From an uncultured Candidatus Entotheonella sp. (lineage in GTDB: Bacteria; Tectomicrobia; Entotheonellia; Entotheonellales; Entotheonellaceae), in the NCBI GenBank assembly GCA_965215335.1, contig CBDCDA010000001.1:1632001-1696000 (forward strand): a stretch of DNA of 64,000 nucleotides, written 5' to 3'. Every line of letters starts with the position of its first letter. Position 1 is the first letter of the stretch. Under the pieces are notes generated by a model, which worked only from the letters and a program-made list of their open reading frames with translations, was not told the DNA's origin and searched no databases. Positions 9,133 through 17,412 of the stretch are shown here, piece by piece. The position numbers and the translations under genes were made by a program.

Positions 9133-11415
9133 TCACGTCTCGATGTCGGCCACCTGAAAGACCTGCGCATACAGACGCGCCACACGCTGACGATGAATAG
9201 CGATGTCTGCCGCCAGCCGTGCCGAAGCATCCCCCTCTTTCCAGTAGCCCAGACGGCGCGCCAGGAACAGAAATTCGTCGGACTCGGGCAGCGGCAGCAC
9301 CAGGTCCCGGGCGTGGCCGCGAACGATGCGCTGGGCGTCGATCAGGCGGCGCAGGAAACGATACGCCTCTCCCAATCGCGCCGCCGCGTCGTCGTCGAGC
9401 ACGCCGGCGTCGCGTAATGCCTCGATGGCCCGCAGGGTGCTCGGAATACGCAGCTGCGGCAGAGTGTCGCCGTGACGTAGCTGCAGGTATTGCACGGTGT
9501 ACTCCACGTCCACCAGACCACCCCGGCAATATTTGCTGTCAATCTGCCCGGGCGTCGCCAATTCGGCGATCTGCCGCTCCCGCAGCGCCACCGCGGCCTT
9601 GAGATCGAACGGCGCCGCACTGTACACGCAGCCGTCGCGCCAGGCTTCGACCTGTCGACCCAGGTCGGCGTCGCCCGCCACCCAGCGCAGCTTGATCAGC
9701 GCCTGCCGCTCGAAGTCGGCAGCTTGGCCGTTGGTGCTGTAGTACGCCTTGAAGATCTCCCAACTGGTGGCCAGCGGACCCTGGGCGCCGTGCGGCCGCA
9801 GCCGCAGGTCGATCTCGAAGATGCCTGAATGTCGCGCCACGATCAGGTTCCGCAGGTGCTGCACCAGGAGCGTGGCGTACTCGGTATTGGCCAGACGCAG
9901 CGGCCCGCTGGTGGCGCCGTTGCCGCCGTAAACGCACAGCATTTCGATATCCGAGGCGTAACCCAATTCGCGGCCGCCGAACTTGCCCAGCGCGAACAGG
10001 GCGAACGGGCAAGGGGCGCCGTCGTCCAGCAGCGGCTGGCCATGGCGCTCGCCGATCTCGGCCTGCGCCGTCTCGAGGGCGCCGCCCATGACGACGTCGG
10101 CAAGATCGGTCAACTCGTCGGCAAAGACGCCAAAGGGCAGGTCGGGACGCAGCAGGTGGCGCAGGTCGATGCGAAACATCTCACGGTCCTTGAACGTGTT
10201 GAGGGCGGCCTTGCGCGTCGCCGGCGTGTCTGCCGCCTGCAGCCCTTCACGCAGCCGTTGCCACAGGGTAGTCGCATCCAGGGGATGGTCGGTGGCGTGC
10301 ATTTCTTTGAGAACCGGCAGCAGATTGGCGTGCTGCATGCGCAGAAAATCTTCCCACAGGAAGTCGCTGCTGCCCAGCATGGTGGCCAGCGCCTGCAGGA
10401 TGCGGGCCTCCCGGAGCCAATCGAGATTGACGCCGAGCGAGGTATTGGCGGCCAAGCGGTCCAGAAACTGGTCGAAGTGCTGCAAGGCCATGGCCGGATC
10501 CGGGGCCGCGGTCAGAAAATGCGTGAACTGCTTGATCAACACGACGATGAGGCGCAACTCCTGCTGTCCTTCGTCGGAGGTGATTTTGCCGCCATGACGC
10601 CGGCCGAGGCACAACTCATCCTGCACCTTTCCCTGCACGCTGCGGATGTTGACCCGATACACGTAGAAGTCGCGCATCGCCAGCGCGTTCGACAGGCTGT
10701 ACAGAAAGCCCGGCGTGTCCTCGGCGGTGATGTGCACCACGGTCCAATCGGGCGCCGCCGTGTTGTCGATGCGCACGTCCACGGGGAACAGCCGCCCCGG
10801 AAAACTCCGGCTGGAGTTGCGGACGGCATCGATGAGCCGGTGATTCAGCGTGTCGCGCGCCTGCTGCTGCTTGCCCTGCCGCTGCAATTGGATCAGCGTC
10901 GTCAGGTACGCCGCGAACGCTGCCTGGGCGCTCGCATCGAACGGCCGGTCGGCGTCGTCATCGACGGTGAACAGATCGACGATCAACCCGCCCCGGGTAT
11001 GGCCTCCCCAGGGCGTCAGGCGTTCTGGCCCGCGCTTGTAGCTGAACACCTGGCCCGCGCGGATGTTGAGCCCGCAAGCGGCCATGGTGCCGGTGATGAG
11101 GGCGAACGCGCCCGGCAGGTCGTAGCCGACCAGCAGAATCTCGGCGCTGCCGACGCTGCGCGGCACCACCCGCACCTGCAGCGGGTGGTGGTCGTCGATG
11201 GCCGCCACCAACTGCAAGTGAGCAGCGATCTGCGCGGCGGTGAACAGGGTGAAATAGTCGTCGTCTAGTTGTCCAAAGAAGTCGTCCAGCATGTCGGGCG
11301 CCACCTGCGGGCAGCGGTGCGCCACCTCGACGCGCAACGATTCCCGCCCGGCGGGCCGGCTCGCCGTCCCTCGGCTTTCGACCCTCTTCGGGTGCTCGAC
11401 CTGTGGCGGATTCAT
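9133..11415 (-). CDS. GlnE-type glutamine synthetase adenylyltransferase module preceded by two GlnD-type ACT domains
   Basis: DDDYF..F...IAAH; ACT1 (D.PGAF..ITG.MAACGLNI); ACT2 (IDN....WTVVHI.AED.PGFLY); ALGKFGGRELGYASDIE, IDLRLRPHG, GGLVDVEY; own ATG with GAGGAAGAG RBS. Confidence 0.85.
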   Translation of the reverse strand: MNPPQVEHPKRVESRGTASRPAGRESLRVEVAHRCPQVAPDMLDDFFGQLDDDYFTLFTAAQIAAHLQLVAAIDDHHPLQVRVVPRSVGSAEILLVGYDLPGAFALITGTMAACGLNIRAGQVFSYKRGPERLTPWGGHTRGGLIVDLFTVDDDADRPFDASAQAAFAAYLTTLIQLQRQGKQQQARDTLNHRLIDAVRNSSRSFPGRLFPVDVRIDNTAAPDWTVVHITAEDTPGFLYSLSNALAMRDFYVYRVNIRSVQGKVQDELCLGRRHGGKITSDEGQQELRLIVVLIKQFTHFLTAAPDPAMALQHFDQFLDRLAANTSLGVNLDWLREARILQALATMLGSSDFLWEDFLRMQHANLLPVLKEMHATDHPLDATTLWQRLREGLQAADTPATRKAALNTFKDREMFRIDLRHLLRPDLPFGVFADELTDLADVVMGGALETAQAEIGERHGQPLLDDGAPCPFALFALGKFGGRELGYASDIEMLCVYGGNGATSGPLRLANTEYATLLVQHLRNLIVARHSGIFEIDLRLRPHGAQGPLATSWEIFKAYYSTNGQAADFERQALIKLRWVAGDADLGRQVEAWRDGCVYSAAPFDLKAAVALRERQIAELATPGQIDSKYCRGGLVDVEYTVQYLQLRHGDTLPQLRIPSTLRAIEALRDAGVLDDDAAARLGEAYRFLRRLIDAQRIVRGHARDLVLPLPESDEFLFLARRLGYWKEGDASARLAADIAIHRQRVARLYAQVFQVADIET

Positions 11416-11422
11416 CTCTTCC

Positions 11423-12910
11423 TCACTCCATGCGAAACGCCGCGGCGAACAGGGCGTGAACCGCCTTCGTGCGCGCCAGATAGTCCTGGTGAAACGCCTC
11501 CCAGTCGTCGTGCCCGAAATGCCGCGCCAGGCGCCGTCTCGCCTCGTCATTGCGCGGCAGGGTATGCGTCTGCGAGCCCTGCTCCATTTGCAACAGGTGC
11601 TCCAGGCGGCGCAGGTAGCAATAAGTGTCGCGCAGCAGCGCCTCGGACGCTCCCCCCAGCAGGCCGGCGTCGCGCAGCTTGCCGAGGGCGCGCAGCGAGT
11701 TGCGCTCCTGCAGCTCGGGCCGCCGCCCGCCGAACAGAAGTTGAGGCAACTGGATAAGAAACTCGATCTCCCGAATGCCACCAAGGCCGAGCTTGACGTG
11801 CGTGCGCGATTCGTTCTTGTCCGCCATCTGGCTGTCGATCTGCCGCTTCATGGACCGCAGTTGCTCGACCCCCTGTGCGTCCAGGTGACGCTGGTAGATG
11901 AACGGCTGGACCAGGTCCATGAATTCCCGTCCCAGGCCCGCGTCGCCCGCCACCGGGCGCGCCTTGATGAGCGCCATCTTCTCCCACGCTTGCCCGAATC
12001 GCGCGTAATAGGCTTCGTAGGCCAGCAGCGACAACGCCAACTGACCCTGGGTGCCGTCCGGGCGCAGCCGTAAATCGACCCGGAAAATCTGCCCGGCGGC
12101 GCCCTGCTGGCCGCCGATCAGCACCGTCAGGCGGCGTGCCAGGGTCACGAAGTACTCGTGGTTGGAAATCTGCCCGCAACGCTCGCCATTCCGCATGACG
12201 CCGCGCGTCCGGCCCTGATAGGAGGTGTAGACGTACATCAGATCGATGTCGGAGGAGAAGTTCAGCTCGCCGCCACCGAGTTTCCCCATGCCGATGACGC
12301 AGAAGCGGCAAGGCCGTTCGACACCCCTGTCGTCCGTGTAAATCGGCTCGCCGTGCAGCGCCGTCAACCAGCCCTGGCAGGACCGCACACCCGCCTGCAG
12401 CACGCAGTCGGCGAGCGCCGTCAGGCCGGCGGTCGTCTCCTCCACGCCGGCCTGACGATTCAGGTCCCGCGCCCCGATACGCAGCAGGTGCCGCTGCGTA
12501 AAACGCGTCAGAACGGCAACCACCTGCGTTTCGTCTTGCTGCCCTTCCAGCATGGCGCCGAGTTGTGCTTCAAGGCCGTCCGGCGTTGGGGACGGCGCGT
12601 GCAGGGCCTCGTCGCGTAGCCAGAAGGCCAGTTGCGGGTCGCGCCACAGGAGGCCGCTGAGAAAGTGCGAGCTGGCAAAAATGACCGCCATGCCGCGCAA
12701 AAATTCCGGTCGCTCGTGGCACATGTCCCAGAACACGGACGTCTCGCCGAGGCACGCCAGGTAGCGCAACAAATGTGACAGCGCACGTTGCGGATCGACC
12801 GAAGCAAGAAGTGCGGACACGGCGGCGGGAACGAATGCGGATGGGGCGACGCCACACAAGGCGCGACGTAATTCGGCGGCGTGATGGAAGTCGGAACTGC
12901 CGGAGGTCAT
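11423..12910 (-). CDS. glnE: GlnE-type nucleotidyltransferase, single module
   Basis: GMGKLGGGELNFSSDIDL, RVDLRLRPDG, WEKMALIKAR, KLGLGGIREIEF, LRRLEHLLQ. Confidence 0.85.
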   Translation of the reverse strand: MTSGSSDFHHAAELRRALCGVAPSAFVPAAVSALLASVDPQRALSHLLRYLACLGETSVFWDMCHERPEFLRGMAVIFASSHFLSGLLWRDPQLAFWLRDEALHAPSPTPDGLEAQLGAMLEGQQDETQVVAVLTRFTQRHLLRIGARDLNRQAGVEETTAGLTALADCVLQAGVRSCQGWLTALHGEPIYTDDRGVERPCRFCVIGMGKLGGGELNFSSDIDLMYVYTSYQGRTRGVMRNGERCGQISNHEYFVTLARRLTVLIGGQQGAAGQIFRVDLRLRPDGTQGQLALSLLAYEAYYARFGQAWEKMALIKARPVAGDAGLGREFMDLVQPFIYQRHLDAQGVEQLRSMKRQIDSQMADKNESRTHVKLGLGGIREIEFLIQLPQLLFGGRRPELQERNSLRALGKLRDAGLLGGASEALLRDTYCYLRRLEHLLQMEQGSQTHTLPRNDEARRRLARHFGHDDWEAFHQDYLARTKAVHALFAAAFRME

Positions 12911-12931
12911 GGCCTTGGTTTTCCCCGCGCC

Positions 12932-13183
12932 TCAGTGGTTACGAAAGCGCCGCACGCGACCCAGCCAGCGCACGTATCGCCGCAGAGTGCGGCGGTGCTG
13001 CGGTTGGCGCAACAAGTCCAGAACAACGCGCCAGGAAACCTCCGCGGCCGGAATGCCGGCGTACGTTTCCACGCGCCAGGCGTAATAGGCCCGGCGCCAT
13101 TTCCAGGGTTTCAGGAAGGGCCTGGGGCGGAAGCGCCAAAGATGCCACATGTCGAGGACCTCAACGCGATAGAGGGTTGTCAC
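12932..13183 (-). CDS. Small basic Trp/Arg-rich hypothetical protein (start may be 13150)
   Basis: ORF fills gap, co-oriented with glnE; KPWKW...YYAWRVETYAG looks like a conserved motif. Confidence 0.6.
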   Translation of the reverse strand: MTTLYRVEVLDMWHLWRFRPRPFLKPWKWRRAYYAWRVETYAGIPAAEVSWRVVLDLLRQPQHRRTLRRYVRWLGRVRRFRNH

Positions 13184-13287
13184 ACGCCGGTGAATAGTAG
13201 ATAGTGGTCAGCGGTTGGGTAAAATTCCCGGTTTTGCTCGCCACCACCCCTCATTCGCTACCTATTATGCCGCAAAGGACCTGATTC

Positions 13288-14337
13288 ATGGAGGAGGCGA
13301 AGAGCATCCGGCAGATCCTGACCAAGCTGCTGCCCTGGGTTATCACCCTGGCGATCTTTGTCATTATATTCCGGCGCGTTCCCGTACCCGAACTGCTGGA
13401 GGCCCTGCGGCAAGCCCACCTGCTGCCTTACCTGGCCCTGATGGCGCCGTACAGCATGATCTACTGCCTGATTGACACCTTCGTGCTGACGCAGGCCGTC
13501 ACGTGGTTTCACCAGCCGATACGCTACGGCCGCATCCTGCCGGTGCGCGCGGCGGCGTATATTCTGTCGCTGCTCAACCCCGGCCTCGGGCAGGGTGGCA
13601 CGGCGTTCTACATCCACCGCCGCGAAGGGGTGCCGTTTCTCGAAATGGCCGGCACCATCGTGTTCCTGGTGGTCATCGAGTTCGGCCAACTGGCCTTGTA
13701 CGCCGCCATCGGCATCTTCATCATCCAGCCGCAGCTCGCCGCCATTTTCGCGCCGTTCTATGTCGTTTTCGTCGCCGCGTGCGCCCTCGCCCTGACTTAC
13801 GTGCGGCACGGCTTCTCGCCGCTGGTGCGGATGCTGCAGGCGCTGGCCCGGCTGTCGGGCCGCGACAGCAGCTACACGCCGCGGCCCGGCGGGCCGCGCG
13901 TCCGCATTCTGCGCACCCTGCAAACCGCCGGCGTCCGTCACTACCTGCTGACACTGCTCTACAAGGCGCCCAACTTCTTCCTCGCCGTCCTGGTGCATTA
14001 CCTGGCGGTGCAGCAGTTCGGCGTGCAGATACCGTTTCTGGCGCTGCTGGCCTTCCTGCCGGTGGTGTTTCTCGCCGCCTCGCTGCCCATCACGGTGGCG
14101 CATCTCGGCACCTCGCAGGCTGCCTGGCTGTTCTTCTTCTCGGCCTACGGCGCCGAGGCCCGCCTGCTGGCCTACAGCCTGGCCGCGCATTTTACCTTCA
14201 TGATGCTGAACAGCCTGATCGGCCTAGGTTTTCTGCGACAGGCCCTGCGGGTCCCGCCCAAGCCACAACAGGCGCAACCGCTCCAGCCCCGAGACGAAGG
14301 CCACCCCCATCACGGCGGCGAGAGCGGCCTGCCCTAG
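13288..14337 (+). CDS. Lysylphosphatidylglycerol synthase TM / flippase-like (UPF0104) membrane protein
   Basis: About 8 TM segments; LNPGLGQGG; LPITVAHLGT. Confidence 0.8.
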   Translation: MEEAKSIRQILTKLLPWVITLAIFVIIFRRVPVPELLEALRQAHLLPYLALMAPYSMIYCLIDTFVLTQAVTWFHQPIRYGRILPVRAAAYILSLLNPGLGQGGTAFYIHRREGVPFLEMAGTIVFLVVIEFGQLALYAAIGIFIIQPQLAAIFAPFYVVFVAACALALTYVRHGFSPLVRMLQALARLSGRDSSYTPRPGGPRVRILRTLQTAGVRHYLLTLLYKAPNFFLAVLVHYLAVQQFGVQIPFLALLAFLPVVFLAASLPITVAHLGTSQAAWLFFFSAYGAEARLLAYSLAAHFTFMMLNSLIGLGFLRQALRVPPKPQQAQPLQPRDEGHPHHGGESGLP

Positions 14338-14823
14338 CGGACGCGGCAGGAACAGCAGGTCCAGCACCCGCTCGCCCATCACCCCGCCGACGGCCGCATA
14401 GTTCAAGATGCCGCCGAGGTGGCCAAGCCGGCTGCCGAGCAGACGGCGTTGCCGTCCAGCCCCGCCGCTACGTTGCCAGGAGTCGAAGGCATACAATCCG
14501 AAGGCCCAGGCAATGGCCGCTGGCAGCCACCAGGTGACCCAACCCCAGGCCGCAAACCAGCCGAGCGCGAACAGGATGAAGAAAATGTCGGCGCCGTGGT
14601 CCAGGAAGCGTCCGAAAAAGCTGCTGCAACGCAAACGGCGGGCCAGCCAGCCATCCAGGACGTCGCTGCCGACGATGATCGCGAACAGCACCCCCGCGCT
14701 CCAGCGCGCTGCCGGAGTACCGACCACCGCCGCGCGGTGGCAGCAGAACACGAACGCCGGGGCGCCCAGCACGCGCGACAGGGTGACCAGATTGGGCCAG
14801 GTTGACAAGGGGAACACCGGCAT
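14224..14823 (-). CDS. CDP-alcohol phosphatidyltransferase family protein
   Basis: PNLVTLSR and DVLDGWLARR...FGRFLDHGAD signature. Confidence 0.88.
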   Translation of the reverse strand: MPVFPLSTWPNLVTLSRVLGAPAFVFCCHRAAVVGTPAARWSAGVLFAIIVGSDVLDGWLARRLRCSSFFGRFLDHGADIFFILFALGWFAAWGWVTWWLPAAIAWAFGLYAFDSWQRSGGAGRQRRLLGSRLGHLGGILNYAAVGGVMGERVLDLLFLPRPLGQAALAAVMGVAFVSGLERLRLLWLGRDPQGLSQKT

Positions 14824-14948
14824 CCTCGCGGCGCGCGTCAATTTCTTCACGCGGCGCATGTATGATACAATCCACGCCACCCTTCAATCGCCTCGGCGAT
14901 GCAGAACATCTTGATTACGAGCGGCTTGCCGCCAGGAGAGAGACGCTG

Positions 14949-15752
14949 ATGCAAGACCCTGTAGCAGGCTTGGTTTCCTTCGTCATCATGCTCTACATCG
15001 CCCTGCTTTTCGTGCGCCAGTTCGCGGCCGAGAGCGAGCGCCACGACGCCGTGCTGGGCATGATCTTCCGGGCTACCGATCCGGTGGTCGGCCCGGTGCA
15101 AACCGCCCTGCCGTCCGGCAGCACCCATCTCGCCCCCGCGGTCGTGCTGGCGGCCCTGCTCCTGCTGCAGGGGCTCCTCATCGGCTCCATTCCGTACGCG
15201 ATCAAACAGTTCGCCGGCAAACTGCTGCAATTGTACGTCCTCATCATCATTATCATTTCCGCCTTCCGCGAGTATTACACCAACCCCATCGCCAGCTTCT
15301 GCCAGCGAATCGTCGGCCCGGTGCGCGCGCTGGCCGCTGGCGTGTCGCAGCACGTGCCGACGGTGAATCTGCTGTCGGTGGCAGGACTCGTCCTGGCCCA
15401 CAGCATGGTGGTGGTCGTGCTCAACGGCCTCATGGTAGACGGGTTCGACGATTCCGCGCCGTTTCTGGACGCCTTTATCGGCAGCGGACCGGAGCCGGGC
15501 AGCCTGCTGCTGATCCTCAACCTGACGCAGTTCTTCACCTACGCCATCATCGCCAACGCCCTGCTGTCCTGGGTCAGTCCCGACCCGCTCAATCCCATCG
15601 TGCAGCTACTGACGCTCATCGCCCTGCCGATCATGGAGCCGATCCGCCGCGTCATCCCGCCGCTCGGCGGCGCCATCGACATTTCGCCCATCATCGCCAT
15701 CCTCGCGCTACAGTTTTTCTACGGCATCGTCTTCAATCTGCTCACCAACTGA
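14949..15752 (+). CDS. yggT: YggT family membrane protein (three YggT-like repeats)
   Basis: ALLSWVSPDPLNPIVQ...PIRRVIPP...IDISPII; AGGAG RBS. Confidence 0.85.
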   Translation: MQDPVAGLVSFVIMLYIALLFVRQFAAESERHDAVLGMIFRATDPVVGPVQTALPSGSTHLAPAVVLAALLLLQGLLIGSIPYAIKQFAGKLLQLYVLIIIIISAFREYYTNPIASFCQRIVGPVRALAAGVSQHVPTVNLLSVAGLVLAHSMVVVVLNGLMVDGFDDSAPFLDAFIGSGPEPGSLLLILNLTQFFTYAIIANALLSWVSPDPLNPIVQLLTLIALPIMEPIRRVIPPLGGAIDISPIIAILALQFFYGIVFNLLTN

Positions 15753-15770
15753 CGGTTCCCGGTCCTGTGA

Positions 15771-17054
15771 TCAAAGCGGCGTGAAACACTCGGTGCGCAC
15801 CAGGTCCGCGAACGTCTCGCGGCGCGAAATGAGGTAGGGGGCGCCACCGTCCAGCCACACCTGCGGGGCGCGCCCGATCGAGTTGTAGTTGGAACTCATG
15901 GTGTTGCCATAGGCACCGGCGTCGTGGATGAGGACCAGGTCGCCCGCTTGCATCGGCGACAGCGGACGCGGCTGCAGCAGCTCGGCATCGTCGCGCGTGA
16001 ACACGTCGCCCGACTCGCACAACGGGCCGGACAGCACCACCGGCTCCAGCGACGCGCCGTCCGGCGCTTCCCACACGCTGATGCGGTGGAACGAGCCGTA
16101 CATGGCGGGCCTTACCAAGTCGCAGAACCCGGCGTCGACCATGACGAAGGTGTGCCCCGGCCCCTTGGCGTTGGTGCGGGTGCATTTCACGTCCGTCACC
16201 CGCGTCACCAGCGCGGCGACCGGCGCCACGAAGTAACGCCCCGGTTCGATTTCCACCCGGATGTCGCGCCCCGTTTGCTGGCTGAAACGCGCCTGGCATT
16301 CGCGTAGCAGGTGGCCGAACGGCTCGAGGTCGATGGCCGACGCCTCCGGTTCGTAGGGGTATGGCAGGCCGCCGCCGAGGCTGACGGCCTGCGCGTGCGG
16401 ATAGGCGGGCAGGCAGTCGGCGAAGAAATCGACGAGTTGCTGCATGTTGGCCTGGAACTCCTCGGTGGTCGGCCCGGAGCCTACGTGGGCGTGCAGCAGC
16501 GTCACCGTCATGCCCTGCCGCGCGGCGTTCTCCGCCGCCGCCAGCGCCTCGTCCGGCCACATGCCGTGCTTGGAACTGGGACCGCCCGTGTCACAGCCCT
16601 GCACGTGTCCGTGCCCGAAACCCGGGTTGAGACGCAGGGCAATGGGGCCGCGGTAGCCGGTATCGGCGAGTTGCCGCACCATGGCCGGCGAGCCGAGGTT
16701 GGGCAGTACCTTGTGCTGGCTGATAACCTCCAGGGCGTTGTCCCGGAACACGTCGGTGGACAGCATCACCTCCGGCACGTCGACGCCCATGGGATAGCCG
16801 GCAGCCTGCGCCCGCAGGACCTCATTCCCCGATACCGCGTCGATCCATATACCCTGCTCGCGCATGGTGCTCAGCACCCGCACCGACGAGCACGCCTTCA
16901 TGGCGTAGCGCGCCTGCAGGCCCGGTCCGTCCGTCAAGTCACGAATGGCAGCGATCCGGGCGCGCAGTAGCTGCGCATCGTAAAGGTAAAACGGGGTTCC
17001 GACACGCGCCGCCAACCTGCGCAGATCGACCCCCTGCCAGGCCGCTGTGGCCAT
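15771..17054 (-). CDS. lysA: Diaminopimelate decarboxylase
   Basis: YAMKA (PLP Lys), HAHVGSG, SLGGG, EPGR, GPLCESGD, AGAYG.TMSSNYN. Confidence 0.95.
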   Translation of the reverse strand: MATAAWQGVDLRRLAARVGTPFYLYDAQLLRARIAAIRDLTDGPGLQARYAMKACSSVRVLSTMREQGIWIDAVSGNEVLRAQAAGYPMGVDVPEVMLSTDVFRDNALEVISQHKVLPNLGSPAMVRQLADTGYRGPIALRLNPGFGHGHVQGCDTGGPSSKHGMWPDEALAAAENAARQGMTVTLLHAHVGSGPTTEEFQANMQQLVDFFADCLPAYPHAQAVSLGGGLPYPYEPEASAIDLEPFGHLLRECQARFSQQTGRDIRVEIEPGRYFVAPVAALVTRVTDVKCTRTNAKGPGHTFVMVDAGFCDLVRPAMYGSFHRISVWEAPDGASLEPVVLSGPLCESGDVFTRDDAELLQPRPLSPMQAGDLVLIHDAGAYGNTMSSNYNSIGRAPQVWLDGGAPYLISRRETFADLVRTECFTPL

Positions 17055-17143
17055 GTCGTCTCCTTTGTCGTGTGTCATGGGTGAGGCTGTCGAATCCGGC
17101 CGAAATGCCAGCGCGCATGCGCCGCGGCTTTCAGGGCCACGCG

Positions 17144-17199
17144 GGGGCCATGATACGCCGCTGCCCGGCGAGGGGCCATGATACGCCGCTGCCCGGCGA
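17144..17199. repeat. Perfect 28-bp tandem duplication
   Basis: ggggccatgatacgccgctgcccggcga at 17144-17171 and 17172-17199. Confidence 0.95.
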
Positions 17200-17412
17200 T
17201 TGGAAAGGGGGCAAAGAGCTTGAGGAAGGTGCGGACAGGCCGGTTTGTCCGTCAGGGGGCCGCGTCAGTCCCGAAAGCAGGCGCGACGACGGCAGGTGTT
17301 GACGGCATCGCGCGTACGGTCCCCGAGACAGTGTTTTCAAGCCTCCCCAGTCTCCGGAATCCTCGAAACCAGGGAGGTTGTCAGGCGCAGAGCTCGGCAC
17401 GGGCCCCGATGG

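Noticed and set aside
11415..11784. 883-aa ORF start at 11784, or a programmed frameshift fusing the GlnE halves
   Set aside because: The extension is an off-frame shadow of gene 1; gene 2 has its own RBS and ATG at 11415 and no slippery site is evident
17200..17410. Lysine riboswitch upstream of lysA
   Set aside because: No recognisable L-box conserved segments on the minus strand; only a GC hairpin that may end the lipoprotein transcript
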